Source of the DNA: the human T2T-CHM13v2.0 reference genome, Homo sapiens
Strand: one strand, 5' to 3'
DNA: 64,000 nucleotides
Assembly: GCF_009914755.1 (NCBI RefSeq)
Contig: NC_060947.1
In this document: piece after piece, positions 62,051 through 64,000 of the stretch
Position numbering within the stretch: the stretch's first letter is position 1
How the letters are laid out: every line of letters begins with the position of its first letter
Translations under genes and position numbers: made by a program
The notes under the pieces: generated by a model
The model's input: only the letters and a program-made list of their open reading frames with translations
Told to the model about the DNA's origin: nothing
Databases searched by the model: none

Positions 62051-62639
62051 TGGCACTTTTCTGGGGCGTCTTGGTCTCAGGTCAAGGACCTCTGTTGAGA
62101 GTTGGCCTGTGACACCATATCATCACCACCTCATCCTTCTGCCTAAGGCAGGGGTAAGCTGCTCAGTGTAGTTCTGGGGATCTTTACGTGGAGGTTTAGT
62201 GTGAAGGGCTGGAGAGAAGGGGGCTATGAACATGTGGCGCCTGCATAGGAAGGTTCTGGCATTAGTTGTCCTCTGGCAAAACCTATTGGTTGCTCTAGGT
62301 TAAACGATGGTCAGTGGCCTTTCAGCTCCCCCTTCATCTTTCTGCACTCTCAGGGAGGAGGTGTCTGGCCGTGGGGTCCTCTCCACTGCTGATCTATACT
62401 CAATGCCCTCATGCCCCATGCTCATTCATGACACCACCTTCACACATGCAAACACTGCCTCATCTTTCAAGATAGCTCAGACACCATCACCAGTCACACT
62501 GGAGGGCCCTTATTCATTACCTGTTTGAGCATCTCCAGAGCATAGTATGGAATGGATACCTAATAGGTGCTTAATAAATGAAGGAATAAATGAGTGACTG
62601 TTGTTCCTTCTGCTTCCTCAGCTGACTGGCTCATTCCCA

Positions 62640-62985
62640 CTCATGCATCAAGACTCAGCTCACACATCATCTTACATGAGAAGCCTCCCTCAACCTCCTT
62701 GTGTCTGACCTGGGGAGCTCTTGTTCATCCTTGATGTTCCCCTTGACTTCCTCAGCCAGAATTTGGCCCTCCCACCTCTGAATGCTCCACCACATTCTAT
62801 TACCCTCTATCGTATCCATCGCTCTACAGGCACTGTCTGCTACTGTCCTGTCACCTCCCCTAATCTCTGATTTTCTCAGGCAAGGACTGTGTTTTGGTCA
62901 TCTCTATATCCCCAGCACTAGCCCCTAGAGGGCGCTCAATAAATATTTGTGAAATTAATGGGGAAAAAACCGTGAATGAATTGTT
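62640..62985 (+). mobile_element. L2 3' end
   Basis: ggcaaggactgtgttttggtcatctctatatccccagcactag...gcgctcaataaatatttgtgaa. Confidence 0.8.
62919..62937 (+). promoter_or_regulatory. CTCF-like motif
   Basis: TAGCCCCTAGAGGGCGCTC versus CTCF consensus TGGCCACYAGRGGGCGCTA; the core CpG is retained. Confidence 0.6.
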
Positions 62986-63000
62986 TGTCAATTTTGCTTA

Positions 63001-63775
63001 GAGTGGTGTGCTGGGGCTGGCTTGTAGTGGTTTGCGAGAATCAATTGTTAAATATTTAGGAAACGTATGAGCCAGTTGTTAAATACAGCCATCATTAAAA
63101 ATTAAATTATATGAGAAAACAGAAGACAAACTGAAATTGAGAGACATTCTACAAAATAAATGACCAACTAAATACAATATGGGTCCTGGATTGGATCCTA
63201 GAATGGAAGAAAGACTTCAGTAGAAAAGCTGGTGAACTCCAAATAAGTTTGTACTTTAGTTAATGTTGTACTAAGTTTAATTTCTCAGTTTTGATCAATG
63301 TTTTATAATTATGTAAGATGTCAACATAAGGGGAAGCTGGGTAAAGGGTACACAGAAACTCTCTGTACTGTTTTTACAACTCTTCTATAAGTCTAAAATT
63401 ATTTCAACATTTAAAAAAAAATTGTCAAGTTCCAATACTTCTTGGTTGTTTCACTTTCTTCTTACTCATTAACATAAATGAAAATATCAACCATCATTCA
63501 TTTAGGAACTGCACTTGCTCTTCTGTTATGGCCGAAGTTTGGCTATTGATATGTGTTCAGCAAAAATCAATGAAAGCATTATGGGAGAATCCATTGGTTA
63601 TATGGAATTTATAATAAAGAGTATTATATATTTCAGTATTATCTGTAAATTGAGCACTTCACATTCTTATATAAGTAAATTTATAATAAACCTATGTATG
63701 TATGTGTATATTTATATATACGTTTGTGCATTTTTTTTGAGAGCTGGTTGCTGAACACTTACCAGAACACCACCG
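63001..63775. mobile_element. MER63-like hAT DNA transposon interrupted by an L1MC/MD 3' end (~63113-63420, +)
   Basis: TIR-like ends gagtggtgtgctgg (63001) and ccagaacaccaccg (63762-63775); internal gagccagttgttaaatacagccatcattaaaaattaaatt; nested L1 tail gtactgtttttacaactcttctataagtctaaaattatttc. Confidence 0.7.
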
Positions 63776-64000
63776 GTCCTACATATGAATTATGATCTCA
63801 TCAAACACATTGAAGGAAAGAAAAGAACATTGCCCAGCACCTTCTCTGTGCGAGGCTGTACTATCCCTTTGTGTTCATCATTACAGGTGCTCTTTACCTC
63901 AACTCTATGAAGTGAGGGTATTGTGGTCTCCATTTTACAGATAAGGATATTAAGGCTAAGAGAGGTTAAATGACTAGACTAAGGTCAAGTATTGGTATAC

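Overview
This is primate (human-like) euchromatic genomic DNA and is intergenic or intronic in character. AluY, L1PA and MER41 are all present, and I recognise no protein-coding gene. The first ~22 kb and last ~11 kb are MIR/L2/MLT/hAT-rich with islands of unique sequence. 23-38 kb is a nested block of old, mostly antisense L1s with Alus inside. 42-53 kb holds a young L1PA, an L1MB split by MER21, and a MER41-type endogenous retroelement. Nearly all listed ORFs are chance ORFs or derive from Alu, L1 or microsatellite sequence. The only real protein-like one is the L1 ORF2 C-terminal fragment (42973-44013). The most notable structures are: (1) a MER41A-like element whose two ends are complementary halves of one LTR (R-U5 / internal / U3), which looks like an RNA copy or an opened 1-LTR circle rather than a normal provirus; (2) an L1PA insertion with a 56-nt 3' transduction, two poly(A) tails and a perfect 15-bp TSD; (3) a full-length U6 / L1-3'-end chimeric retrocopy; (4) several atypical Alu events; (5) a strong CTCF motif inside an L2 3' end; and (6) splice-signal-defined candidate exons of a + strand transcript at ~8.9, 10.9 and 16.5 kb. 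Repeat family calls come from by-eye comparison with remembered consensus sequences, and boundaries of old repeats are approximate.
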